A stretch of DNA of 64,000 bases. Source: a bacterium. Lineage in GTDB: Bacteria > UBA8248. The translations under genes and the position numbers were made by a program. Positions within the stretch are counted from its first letter, which is position 1, and each line of letters starts with the position of its first letter. Location of the stretch: NCBI GenBank assembly GCA_965225985.1, contig OZ245330.1, positions 2,111,848-2,175,847 on the forward strand. The letters are read 5' to 3'. Under the pieces are notes generated by a model that saw only the letters and a program-made list of their open reading frames with translations, had not been told where the DNA came from and did not search any database. Below are positions 48,134 to 57,363 of the stretch, piece after piece.

Positions 48134-48895
48134 ATCCGTCTTCGAGTTCTTGGCTGCAGCGGGGGTAAAGAGCCCGGTTTCTATCTGCCATCATTCCTCA
48201 TCAATGACAGGCTCCTCCTCGATGCGGGAAGTGCGGCGTCCACCCTCTCAACGGCCGAACAAGCCGCTCTGGAAGGGATTGTTCTTACACACGTTCACCT
48301 GGATCATGTGGGCGACATCCCTTTCATCGCCGACAACATTTTCGGCCTTCGGGAAAAAAGCCTCCCTGTAATCAGTCTCGAAAGCATTTTGGGGGACCTC
48401 CACAAATATCTTTTCAACGATATTACGTGGCCAGACTTCTCCGCGCTCACATCGGGCGAGCACCCGATCCTCGAATTCCTAAGCATCCACGAAAACAATG
48501 AATTTTCAATCTCGGACGTCCGAATCACCGCTTATCCCGTAAGCCACAACGTCAATGCGGTGGGCTATATCCTGCGTGACGACAAGGGCGCGGTCCTTTT
48601 CACGGGGGATAGCGGGCCGACACAAGTGATTTGGGAAAAAGGACGAGACTGCACGGATCTTCATACGATTATTACGGAGGTCTCTTTCCCCAATCGCCTT
48701 CAGGATGTCGCGGACGCCGCCATGCATTTGACTCCCCGTACCCTCAAAGCGGAAATCAAGAAAATGCCGCCGGACGTACCGATATATCTGTTTCACGTGA
48801 AACCGCATTACCGGGACGAAATCAACGAAGAGGTGCAGGCCCTTTGTGAGCCACGCCTTCAGTGGCTTGTTCAAGGCAAATCGTATGAATTTTGA
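48134..48895 (+). CDS. MBL-fold hydrolase resembling class II 3',5'-cyclic-nucleotide phosphodiesterase (start codon uncertain)
   Basis: Listed ORF 48308..48895 begins just after THVHLDH. The same frame is open from 48104 and encodes IRLRVLGCSGGKEPGFYLPSFLINDRLLLDAGS..LTHVHLDHVGD with no ATG/GTG/TTG before 48308. 48134 is an ATC codon 7 nt after GGAGGA. Confidence 0.65.
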   Translation: MRLRVLGCSGGKEPGFYLPSFLINDRLLLDAGSAASTLSTAEQAALEGIVLTHVHLDHVGDIPFIADNIFGLREKSLPVISLESILGDLHKYLFNDITWPDFSALTSGEHPILEFLSIHENNEFSISDVRITAYPVSHNVNAVGYILRDDKGAVLFTGDSGPTQVIWEKGRDCTDLHTIITEVSFPNRLQDVADAAMHLTPRTLKAEIKKMPPDVPIYLFHVKPHYRDEINEEVQALCEPRLQWLVQGKSYEF

Positions 48896-48937
48896 AAAAC
48901 AAAGGGAGAATAGCCCTTCCTTGGAGAACGCGGACTA

Positions 48938-51900
48938 ATGGCCTTCAAGAACATATTCGGCCGGAAATCGTCGGAAGATATTTTCGATGACGATGACGAC
49001 TTCGAATACGATGATGATGACCGCCCGGCCCCGTCCCTAAAGCCGGAAGACGAGAGAAAAGTCTCGGAGATGAAGCTTCGTGCGCGGGCCTTTACCGCCT
49101 ACAACCTGCAAAAAATTCATTCGATCGAAGCCACACTCAACGAATTCGACAGGGAAATTTTTTGGCTCCTCCCTCCGTTGGTGCACCTGAACGCCGCGGG
49201 TCTCCCCGGATACATTGAGGAGGAAGAACGCCATCCCGGCGTTATCTGGAATTTCAGGCCGGACGATTCCATGTTGAGCCTGCTGCAAAGGTTTTTTCCC
49301 CGGTCCGGGATTTCGCCTCGAGATCTCAGACACACAAAATCCAAAAATATCATTTATTCGCTTTCGGCAATGGGCAGCCTTGCCACCATCGCCCAGACGA
49401 AAAAAAGCGATTTCGATATCTGGGTGTGCGTCAAGAAAGAGAAATTCACCGAAGCCCAACTTGACGGTTTGAATCAAAAACTCCGTGCGATTGAAAAATG
49501 GGCCGAAGAAACAAACCACTTTGAAACGCACTTCTTCATTACCGATATTGACGATGCGCGGAGAAACCATTTCGGAGCGGCCGATAAGGAAAGCGCCGGC
49601 TCCGCCCTCGGCAAACTCCTCAAGGAGGAATTCTACCGAACCCACACCGTGCTCGCCGGCCAAGCCCCTCTTTGGAGGATCATGCCGCCGAACATTTCCG
49701 ATGAGGAGTACGAAGGTTTTCGAAAACTTGCCTCCACAAGCTATGACATCGACACGAATTCTTATGCCGATATGGGAAATGCCCAACGAATCACCCTGGA
49801 GGAGGCGTTCGGCGCCGCTCTTTGGCAGTTGAACAAAGCCCTCGGCAGTCCGTTCAAATCAGCCATGAAAATGGCCCTCATCGAAGATTATATGGGCCCC
49901 GCTTCGGATTCCGTCCTGCTTTGCGACCACCTGAAGGAAACCCTTGCAAGGATCGCCTCGAAACCCGTTGCCAAAAATGCCCAGGGGAAGGCCGAGGCGG
50001 AGCCCCACACGATCGAGGAGCTGGCCGAGCGCGTTCATGTCGACGGGTACGTTCTCATGTTCAATCGCATTTCGGATTATTACCAGCGGAAAGCGCGGAT
50101 GGAGCTGCTGGGAATCCTGCGGAAATGCTTTTACCTCAAGGCCGGAACTTCGATTGCCGGGCTCGATGATCCTCTTCGCGAAAAGACCCCGAAGAAAGAC
50201 ATGATTGCGGAAATCGTACAGGGGTGGGGATGGGGAAACGATGAAATCGCCGATTCGAACGACTATAAAAAATGGCCGTTTGAAAAAAGCGTCGCCCTCG
50301 GCAAACAGGTAAACGGTTTCATCGTCGATTCCTACAAGCGCCTCAGCCAGTCCGGCGCCACCGAAAAAAACGAGAATCAATCCGACCGACATAACCGTCC
50401 TCGGGCGGAAGCTTTTCACTTTCTACTCGAAAAAAGACAACGAAATTGGTTTTCTGCCCAAGAGCTTTGAGGAAAGCCTCCACCAGGGCGACCTGACCTT
50501 CGCCTACGTTCCCATCCCCAATAAGGAGGGGATCTGGAAAGTGTACCGGGGGAATATCTCCCCATCCGAGATTCAAAAAAACGGAACAGAAGACCAGCTC
50601 CTCCTGAAATCGGCAAATCTGCCCGAGGTTCTCGTCTGGCTGGTGATCAACGGCGCCTGGAGCCGTGACACTTCCTTCAATCTTATCGCCAAGAACGTTC
50701 CGATCGCGGTCGCCGAAGTGCAGGATCTCCTCTCTCAGCTGCTGGGCTTCTTCCCTCCCGTACGGGTGGACGCCCTTTCCAACGAAGCCCTTTTGCGTGA
50801 GAGCGAAATCCAAAAAACCATGGTGCTCGTCAACTTCGGGGAGCTAAAGCAGGGCGGAAAAATCACCCGCCTGGACGTCACCTACGTCACCTCCTGGGGC
50901 GAGATCTTCTACCGGCGCGCTCCGGGAGATATATCCACGTCATCCGTGATCCAATTTTGCCTCAATTACCTGCCCCAGCGGGATTCGGTCGGAGAAGGAA
51001 CTTTCAAGGATTCCCTGAAAATTTATCTCCCCTCGGGCCGGGCCGGGCAATCCGAACGGCTCGTGTTCCGGGAAATCGAACGGCTCGTGCATGAAGCCGC
51101 GAATTTTTTCTTTTCAAAGCCCCTCCCGCCCGACTCGATCCGCACCTACATCTTCCAGGATGAGCCGCGCGTCTATTCGCTCACGTTGGAGGAAAAGAAA
51201 ATCCTGCGAAACCAGTACCTAAACATCGACGAATGTTTTCTCAAGCTGCCGCGCGGCGGGTTCCGGAAGAACCACGTCCTGCTCAGCGCCTCTCCGACCA
51301 AGCTTCTTCCCCACCAGGCCCTCGCATCCCACCTCGAGGAGGGCGTCGTCCAAGTTTTCGCGTTCGACGACGGGCTCCTCGCCCGGATTTACGTATCGGA
51401 TGAACTCGGCGGGACCTCCGCCTTCGACATGCCGCGAAAGGAGTGGGCGCATTTCCAGGGCAAGTTTTTCCTTTTCCTCGAAAGCGTCCTCGCCGAACTC
51501 GCCGAAGAGCCTCATCGCGTTCAGGAAAAGCTCCCCCTCCCGGAGTTGGTCTTTTACGATATCACCAAGAAAGGGACCTACCAAGATCATTTCGACATAA
51601 CAAACGTGACCGAGGCGGCCCGCGCGAGCAGCATCAAAAGCGCGCATGGCGAGAGGCTCACCGTGATTGAAACGGCCGCGCCGGGCGAAGGAAAACGAAT
51701 TCTCGAATTCCAGACGGGGGGTCAAAGCTTTTCAAGCGCGGAACACGGAGGGAAAATTTTTCAGACCGTCGCCGACCATGTTTACAAAAAACGCGGAAAC
51801 AAAGGAAAATATCCCATTTTTATTAACGCCGTAAATCTTCCCCAAAGCTATCGCCAAAAAAATTGCCCCAAAGGGGCCCAAACCGCGGATTTCATGACCT

Positions 51901-51953
51901 ACAAGAATCTTCTTGAAACGAAGCTGAACGAAGCGTTGCGAAAAATTTCCTAG
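48938..51953 (+). pseudogene. cyaA: Class I (CyaA-type) adenylate cyclase interrupted by a +1 frameshift at an A7 run
   Basis: ORFs 48938..50470 and 50541..51953 are collinear with E. coli CyaA (MGSLATIAQTKKSDFDIWVC, FFITD, LLKEEFYRT, FGAALWQLNKALGSPFKSAMK, RKCFYLK, WGWGNDE | DITVLGRKLF, LTFAYVP, LVWLVINGAW). The frames swap at A7, 50364-50370. Confidence 0.85.
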
Positions 51954-52244
51954 GCCCGCCCGCCGTCCCGGCCGCTTCCGATCCTTTTCGCCCCGCTTTC
52001 CCGTTCCCCTCTGAAAAGGATCGTTTCCGGACAACCGGAGCATGCGGAAAAGCGAAACGGTTTGGGCGAAAATTTTTGCCATAGCAATGCCGGCGCAGAC
52101 GGACCGGTCCGCGAGGGCGGCTGAAAGGCCAAAGGGCGCGGTCCTTGACAGCGAAACGAAGCAAAACTAACCTGCCTGAGATGTTGCAGCCGCAGGTGCA
52201 AAGAAACAACAAAACAATCCATCGCAACGGGGAGGTGAAAGCCG

Positions 52245-52496
52245 TTGAGTGACGTGGCGCAGCGGCGGCAGGAGGGACGCGTTCTCGTCGAGCGATTAAG
52301 CAAGATATTGGATAAGGGAATTCCAAACGTGGATTTGGATCTCCGCTTCACTTACGTAGACGATAGTTTTCGCGTCTGGTGGGGCGAGCGGGGGGATCCG
52401 GACACTTCCGCGCTCATCACATTCGAGCAATTAAGAACCCTGAACGACGACGAAACGCGGCAAATCATCCGATCCGCGGTTATCCGAAGCCAGTAG
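52245..52496 (+). CDS. Hypothetical protein (83 aa)
   Basis: ORF only, with a non-ATG start. Confidence 0.3.
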   Translation: MSDVAQRRQEGRVLVERLSKILDKGIPNVDLDLRFTYVDDSFRVWWGERGDPDTSALITFEQLRTLNDDETRQIIRSAVIRSQ

Positions 52497-52525
52497 GCTG
52501 ACAAGAGCGCGGAGCAGGCGGGCCG

Positions 52526-52987
52526 CTATTCCGAGAAGCTCGCCTCCACGAAGAAATCCCCGGAATCCGTGGTGAAGGGAATCACGAGGGTGGGGCCCTT
52601 CGAGATGTGTTTCACCGTGTGGCCTTTTCCCCGAATGACGGAGGGAACCGCGGCCTTGAACGCGTAGCCCATCTGTTGGAGCTGCGAGCGGGCGTCTCCC
52701 GAAATCATGTTTGTAAGCTCGCCCACCGCATCCGCCACTTCGTCGTTCAACTCCTCGTGCTTTTCCCCCAATATATTTTCAACGATCTTGAGCGCGCAGC
52801 TTGTGGAAAAGCTGACTGCCAGGGAACCCTCCTTATCCCCCGTCAAGCCGATCACACCTGTGATATCGCCCTTCGTCACCTCGCCCATCTTGAGATTCGG
52901 CTTTCCAGGCTCTGGAGTGAGCATCGCCATAGTACTCAAAACATTTACTGTGGCTTTCAAGAAAGGATTGACAAATCCCGCCTTCAT
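52526..52987 (-). CDS. cheX: Chemotaxis phosphatase CheX (CheC/CheX family)
   Basis: 153-aa ORF. FVNPFLKATVNVLSTM and GDITGVIGLTGDKEGSLAVSF...E..NMISGDA are typical of CheX. Confidence 0.8.
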   Translation of the reverse strand: MKAGFVNPFLKATVNVLSTMAMLTPEPGKPNLKMGEVTKGDITGVIGLTGDKEGSLAVSFSTSCALKIVENILGEKHEELNDEVADAVGELTNMISGDARSQLQQMGYAFKAAVPSVIRGKGHTVKHISKGPTLVIPFTTDSGDFFVEASFSE

Positions 52988-53134
52988 TCGTTTGGCTCCC
53001 TGCCCAGGCTAATCGATGGCTCATTGAACCGTTCACTCTTCGATTCCAATCCCTGCCTTTCCGGAAAACCTTACTACAACATCACATAAATGAAAATACT
53101 TGTTCAGGGAAAATACCTTTTCATTTTCACGCAA

Positions 53135-53985
53135 CTAAGCTCGTTGAAAGTAAACGCATTTTCCCTCCGTGTATCTTTTGAATTTATCGGTTACACCGAA
53201 AATTCCCTCCGAGGCACCGAGGAACAGATAACCGTTCGGTCCCAGTAGATGCTGATATTTATCAAATATTTCTCTCTTTGTTTTCACGTCGAAATAAATG
53301 AGGACGTAGCGACTCAATACAATGTCGAAACTCCCGAGCCCGGCGAAAGACCCCGTGAGATTCAGCCTCTTGAAAGTGACGAATCTCCGCAAGCTTTCGC
53401 AAAACCTCCACCCATTCGGCATTTGGGTAAAATACCGGGAGAGAAGATTCATGGGAACACCGCGCCGAACTTCCAGGTGAGAATAGAATCCTTCTCGGGC
53501 CCTATCCAGAATATCATCCGATAAATCCGTCGCCAGCAATTCGATTTTCCAGTTAAGCAGATCCGGCGTTTTTTCGGCCATCGTCATGAGAAAGCTGTAG
53601 ACTTCCTGGCCGCTGGAACAGGCCGCGCTCCAGATTCGGATCACCCTCGTTTGTTTCTTTTGCTCGCGCAGGGCGGGAAGGGCCACATCCCCGACAAAAT
53701 AAAAGGGCGAGATGTCTCGAAAAAACAACGTCTCGTTGGTCGTTAAGGCTTCGAGAATTTTCCTTTCAAGCGTTTCTGTCGGCGAATATTTCGCGGCCCG
53801 GTACAGCTCTGTGATGGAAGAATGTCCCAACGTTGTGGCCAGGCTTCCCAGGCGGTCGTCGATGAGATAGTTTTTGTCATCGTTTAAGGAGATTCCGCTT
53901 TTAAGGAGATTCCGCTTTTCGTGTAAGCGAAATTCCGAAAATAATTGTACACTTCAGGGAGAGGGGCGATAATTTCTTTTTTCAT
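53135..53985 (-). pseudogene. cheR: Chemotaxis methyltransferase CheR disrupted by a 17-bp perfect tandem duplication
   Basis: ORF 53135..53830 carries the SAM-MTase part (ETLFFRD, IRIWSAACSSGQEVYS). ATG 53985 encodes MKKEIIAPLPEVYNYFRNFAYTKSGISL and then hits a stop. Removing one copy of the 17-mer restores ...SGISLNDDKNYLIDDRLGSLATTLGHSS in frame (277 aa). Confidence 0.85.
53886..53919. repeat. Perfect 2 x 17-bp tandem duplication inside cheR
   Basis: aaggagattccgctttt occurs at 53886-53902 and again at 53903-53919. Confidence 0.95.
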
Positions 53986-54025
53986 ATTCGTGACGACCAT
54001 AAATACCTTTCCTTGCCGATTCTCA

Positions 54026-55099
54026 TCAATTCACTTGATTAACGATTTCGGCTCCAATCAGCCCAAGCGGCAAAACCATATCGGACAAGCCCGCATCCAC
54101 AACGAATTTCGGCATCCCGTAGACGACGCAAGTGGCCTCGTTCTGGGCAACGACGAAGGCGCCTTTTTCTTTTAGAAGTTTGGTGCTCGCCACTCCGTCT
54201 TGTCCCATTCCCGTCAACATAGCAGCCACCACCTTCCCCTTGTACAATTCGGCTACGGAGCGGAAGAGGGTATCTACAGCCGGGCGGCAACTGTTTTCGG
54301 GAGGGCCGGTGTTCAGGGACACACGTTTCGAGCCGTTTGAATTCGTTACGACCATATGCTTCCCCCCGGGGGCCAAAAGTACCGACCCGGCCCGGATTTC
54401 ATCCCCCTCTTCCGCCTCTTTCACCTTCAAGGCGGACAAACTGTCCAATCGATTGGCAAGCTGGGCCGTGAAGGTGGGGGGCATATGCTGAACGACGAGA
54501 ACTCCGACCCGCAATTCGGCGGGCAACGAGGGGATGAGTTGGGCAAGCGCAGTCGGTCCCCCTGTCGAAACCCCGATTGCGACCACCTCCCGGCGCAAAA
54601 TAATCGGAACGCGATTTGCCGGAATGCGCCGAACCGGCCGAGGGGCAGTGGCGGGTTTCAGTATTTTGGAGCTTGCCTTCCTGCTCTTTTGGGCACATTG
54701 TTTTACTTTGGGTAGCAGTTGTTCCCGAATGACTTTCTGGCTCTCCTCGTAGGAACCAGTTCCACTCGGCTTTGAAACGAAGTCGAATGCCCCGCTCGTG
54801 AGACAATCGATGGCAATCGAAGCGCCTCGCTCGGTTTGGGCGCTCACCATAATTGTTCCCACGTGAGGATGGAGCTGCGAAATTTGCTTCAAAGTTTCCA
54901 GCCCGTCCATCTCGGGCATTTCGATATCCAGAGTAACGACATCGGGCTGGTATTGCTCGATTCGCTGCAGGGCAATCCTGCCGTTTGAAGCGCTGCCCAC
55001 AACTTCGATCTCAGGATCGGAATCCAGAAGATCGCTCACTATTCGCCGGTACATCGCGGCATCATCCACGACGAGCACGCGGATCTTTTGCTGACTCAT
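54026..55099 (-). CDS. cheB: Protein-glutamate methylesterase CheB
   Basis: ORF 54026..55120, likely start MSQQKIRVLVVDD (55099). Receiver domain plus the esterase domain (IGVSTGGP, VVQHMPP, GMGQDG). Confidence 0.92.
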   Translation of the reverse strand: MSQQKIRVLVVDDAAMYRRIVSDLLDSDPEIEVVGSASNGRIALQRIEQYQPDVVTLDIEMPEMDGLETLKQISQLHPHVGTIMVSAQTERGASIAIDCLTSGAFDFVSKPSGTGSYEESQKVIREQLLPKVKQCAQKSRKASSKILKPATAPRPVRRIPANRVPIILRREVVAIGVSTGGPTALAQLIPSLPAELRVGVLVVQHMPPTFTAQLANRLDSLSALKVKEAEEGDEIRAGSVLLAPGGKHMVVTNSNGSKRVSLNTGPPENSCRPAVDTLFRSVAELYKGKVVAAMLTGMGQDGVASTKLLKEKGAFVVAQNEATCVVYGMPKFVVDAGLSDMVLPLGLIGAEIVNQVN

Positions 55100-55138
55100 G
55101 AGAAAAGCACTCTCCTGCATGCCACCCAGATGATGGTC

Positions 55139-55546
55139 CTAGGCGCGAATACTCTGGCGGGCGATATTCTCCCAGCGCTGAATTCGCTGTGAGGTGAATT
55201 CGATGATATCCCCGATCTGATCCAGATCGGCGAAAGGTTTTAAAATATAATCGGTAGCGCCGCTTTCCCAGCAGTCAATGGCTTTTTCGAGGGTGGTGAA
55301 GGCGGTGATCATGATGACCTGGGTTGTCGGTTTAATCGATTCCACATTTCGCAGGAGATCAATTCCGTTCATCTTCGGCATATTGATATCCAACAGCGTG
55401 ATGTGAAATTTTTCAATTTGAATTTTTTCTATGGCCTCATACGGATCGTCGGTCGTCACCGTTTCATAACCCAGAATGGAACAGTGAACCTCCAGGGCGG
55501 ACAGGATATCCGGTTCATCGTCGACGATTAAAATACGGTGTGTCAT
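55139..55546 (-). CDS. cheY: CheY-like single-domain response regulator
   Basis: 135-aa ORF. ILIVDDEPD, LLDINMPKMNG, ITAF, ILKPF. Confidence 0.85.
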   Translation of the reverse strand: MTHRILIVDDEPDILSALEVHCSILGYETVTTDDPYEAIEKIQIEKFHITLLDINMPKMNGIDLLRNVESIKPTTQVIMITAFTTLEKAIDCWESGATDYILKPFADLDQIGDIIEFTSQRIQRWENIARQSIRA

Positions 55547-57249
55547 GCGTTAGCTCCTGAAAGCGAGATCTCTTCCCCGTCGGGAACTTCGACGGGGAAG
55601 AACACCTTGAATGTGGATCCTTCATGCGGACTTGAAATGACCTCTATTTTTCCACTGTACTTTCCGATTATTCCGTGGCTGATGGACAGGCCGATGCCCG
55701 TACCGTTTCCCCGCTCTTTGGTCGTAAAGTAAGGCGTATAAATTTTAGATATCGTGGCGTCGTCCATACCGATTCCGTTATCTTTCACGCACAGGGAGAC
55801 GAACTCGCCTGCGGTTTCCAGCCACGCGGAGAGACGGCCCTCGAAATCATCCGGCCCGTTGTGCCGCATTTGTTCAATTGCATCCACGGAATTGGTGAGC
55901 AGGTTAATTATGACCTGTTCGAACTCCACCAGTGTTCCCCGAACCGGAGGGATGGGGTTCTCGGGCAGGCGAATCTCGGCCTCTTCCACCTGCTTGAGCT
56001 TGTAGGAAACGATTGCCGCGGCATTCTCCAGGGCGGCCGACAAATCCACATCTTCTGCTTCCAGGTTTTCCGGCCTTCCAAATGTTTTGAGACGTTCAAC
56101 GACAGTTGAAACCCGATCCGTCGCATCCAGAATGCTCTTCACCGCTTTGTTCAACTGCTGGGGGATTTTTTCAAAAGGCAACGTGCCCACTTTCAATTCC
56201 GAATCTTTTTTTATTGCCTCTTCGAAAACGGGTGCAAGATGCTCAAGTATCTTCCGGATGTTTCTGGCATTTACGCGAACAAAAGCATTCGGATTGTTGA
56301 TTTCGTGCGCTACGCCTACAGACAGGTCACCCAACGTGGCCATCCGATCCCGGTGGGCCATTTTTTGCGCGGCCTTCTTCTGGTCGGAAATGTCACGAAG
56401 ATCCAAAAGAAGCTGACCGGACCTGAGCGGCAATCTCGTGGCCATCGCCAGCACATATCGCAGGGCATCTCCATTTTCGCCGCCGGAAAAAGGAATTTCA
56501 TGGTGCTGGACATCTATTCCCTCGTGCAGCGCGCGCAGAAGTATATCCACGACCAAATTGTTCTGCCGTGCGCGCGCCCGGCCCAAGGCAGCCATCTCCG
56601 CGAAGCATATGTCCGAAAAATATTTACCTTCCATCATTTCCGACTCGCCGACATTCAAAAAAAGACGCTTGAACTGTTGGTTATGGCTGGTTATGCGAAG
56701 TTCTTCATCGAGCAGGGCCAAGCCCGAGGGAAGCGAATTCAAAATGGCATCAAGAACCTTTGCTTGGTCGGCAAGATATTCCCTTTGCTTTTCGACCTCC
56801 TTGTAGAGTCTTCGCTTCTCCAGGTGGCTTTTTACCCGGAGGGCGACTTCCATCGGTTCCAGCGGCTTGGAGAGGTAGTCGATGGCACCGAGGTCCAGGC
56901 CGCGTATTCGGTCGGAAATATCGGCGAATCCGGATACCAAAAGTACGGGAACGCTATCCGATCCGGGAAACTTCCTGAATTCATGAAGAAATTCGAATCC
57001 GTCCATATTCGGCATGAATACGTCGAGGAGGATGATGTCCGGCGTTTTTTGCTGAAACATCTCCAGCGCCTCAGCGCCGTCTCCCGCCCGGATGAATTCG
57101 CAATCTCCCAGGACCCCCAAGGCCGCCTCAAGCAGCCGTCTGCTCATGGGATCATCGTCGGCTATCAATATTACGGGGATCTCCTCCCCCCCGCCGGGGG
57201 CATCCGGCGGGGGGGAGGAGGTGCTGCGGTATCCGTTCCCAAAACTCAA
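55543..57249 (-). CDS. Hybrid receiver-histidine kinase (REC, sensory/PAS-like, HisKA, HATPase_c)
   Basis: 568-aa ORF. N-terminal REC (ILIADDDPMSRR, LLDVFMPNMDG, LSKP), H-box GVAHEINNP, N box NLLTNSVDA, G boxes DNGIGM and GTGIGLSIS. Confidence 0.85.
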   Translation of the reverse strand: MSFGNGYRSTSSPPPDAPGGGEEIPVILIADDDPMSRRLLEAALGVLGDCEFIRAGDGAEALEMFQQKTPDIILLDVFMPNMDGFEFLHEFRKFPGSDSVPVLLVSGFADISDRIRGLDLGAIDYLSKPLEPMEVALRVKSHLEKRRLYKEVEKQREYLADQAKVLDAILNSLPSGLALLDEELRITSHNQQFKRLFLNVGESEMMEGKYFSDICFAEMAALGRARARQNNLVVDILLRALHEGIDVQHHEIPFSGGENGDALRYVLAMATRLPLRSGQLLLDLRDISDQKKAAQKMAHRDRMATLGDLSVGVAHEINNPNAFVRVNARNIRKILEHLAPVFEEAIKKDSELKVGTLPFEKIPQQLNKAVKSILDATDRVSTVVERLKTFGRPENLEAEDVDLSAALENAAAIVSYKLKQVEEAEIRLPENPIPPVRGTLVEFEQVIINLLTNSVDAIEQMRHNGPDDFEGRLSAWLETAGEFVSLCVKDNGIGMDDATISKIYTPYFTTKERGNGTGIGLSISHGIIGKYSGKIEVISSPHEGSTFKVFFPVEVPDGEEISLSGANA

Positions 57250-57363
57250 GGACTTGCTCCTTTCACCCAGCGAAACGGATCAATCGTTTACTGCTTGTTG
57301 CGGGAGCGCTCGACCAGCTTCTGCGACTTGTTGGCCGAGAAGAGCTCCCGGACGGCCCGATCT

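Noticed and set aside
48087-48371. 94-aa ORF starting at ATG 48087.
   Set aside because: Its translation has no recognisable similarity and overlaps, out of frame, the conserved LGCSGG...HVHLDH region of the phosphodiesterase-like gene.
50355-50380. Programmed ribosomal frameshifting at the cyaA A7 run.
   Set aside because: The shift needed is +1 (or -2), not the -1 typical of A-rich slippery heptamers, and I see no obvious downstream stimulatory structure. A homopolymer indel or transcriptional slippage is more parsimonious, so this is reported only as a possibility.
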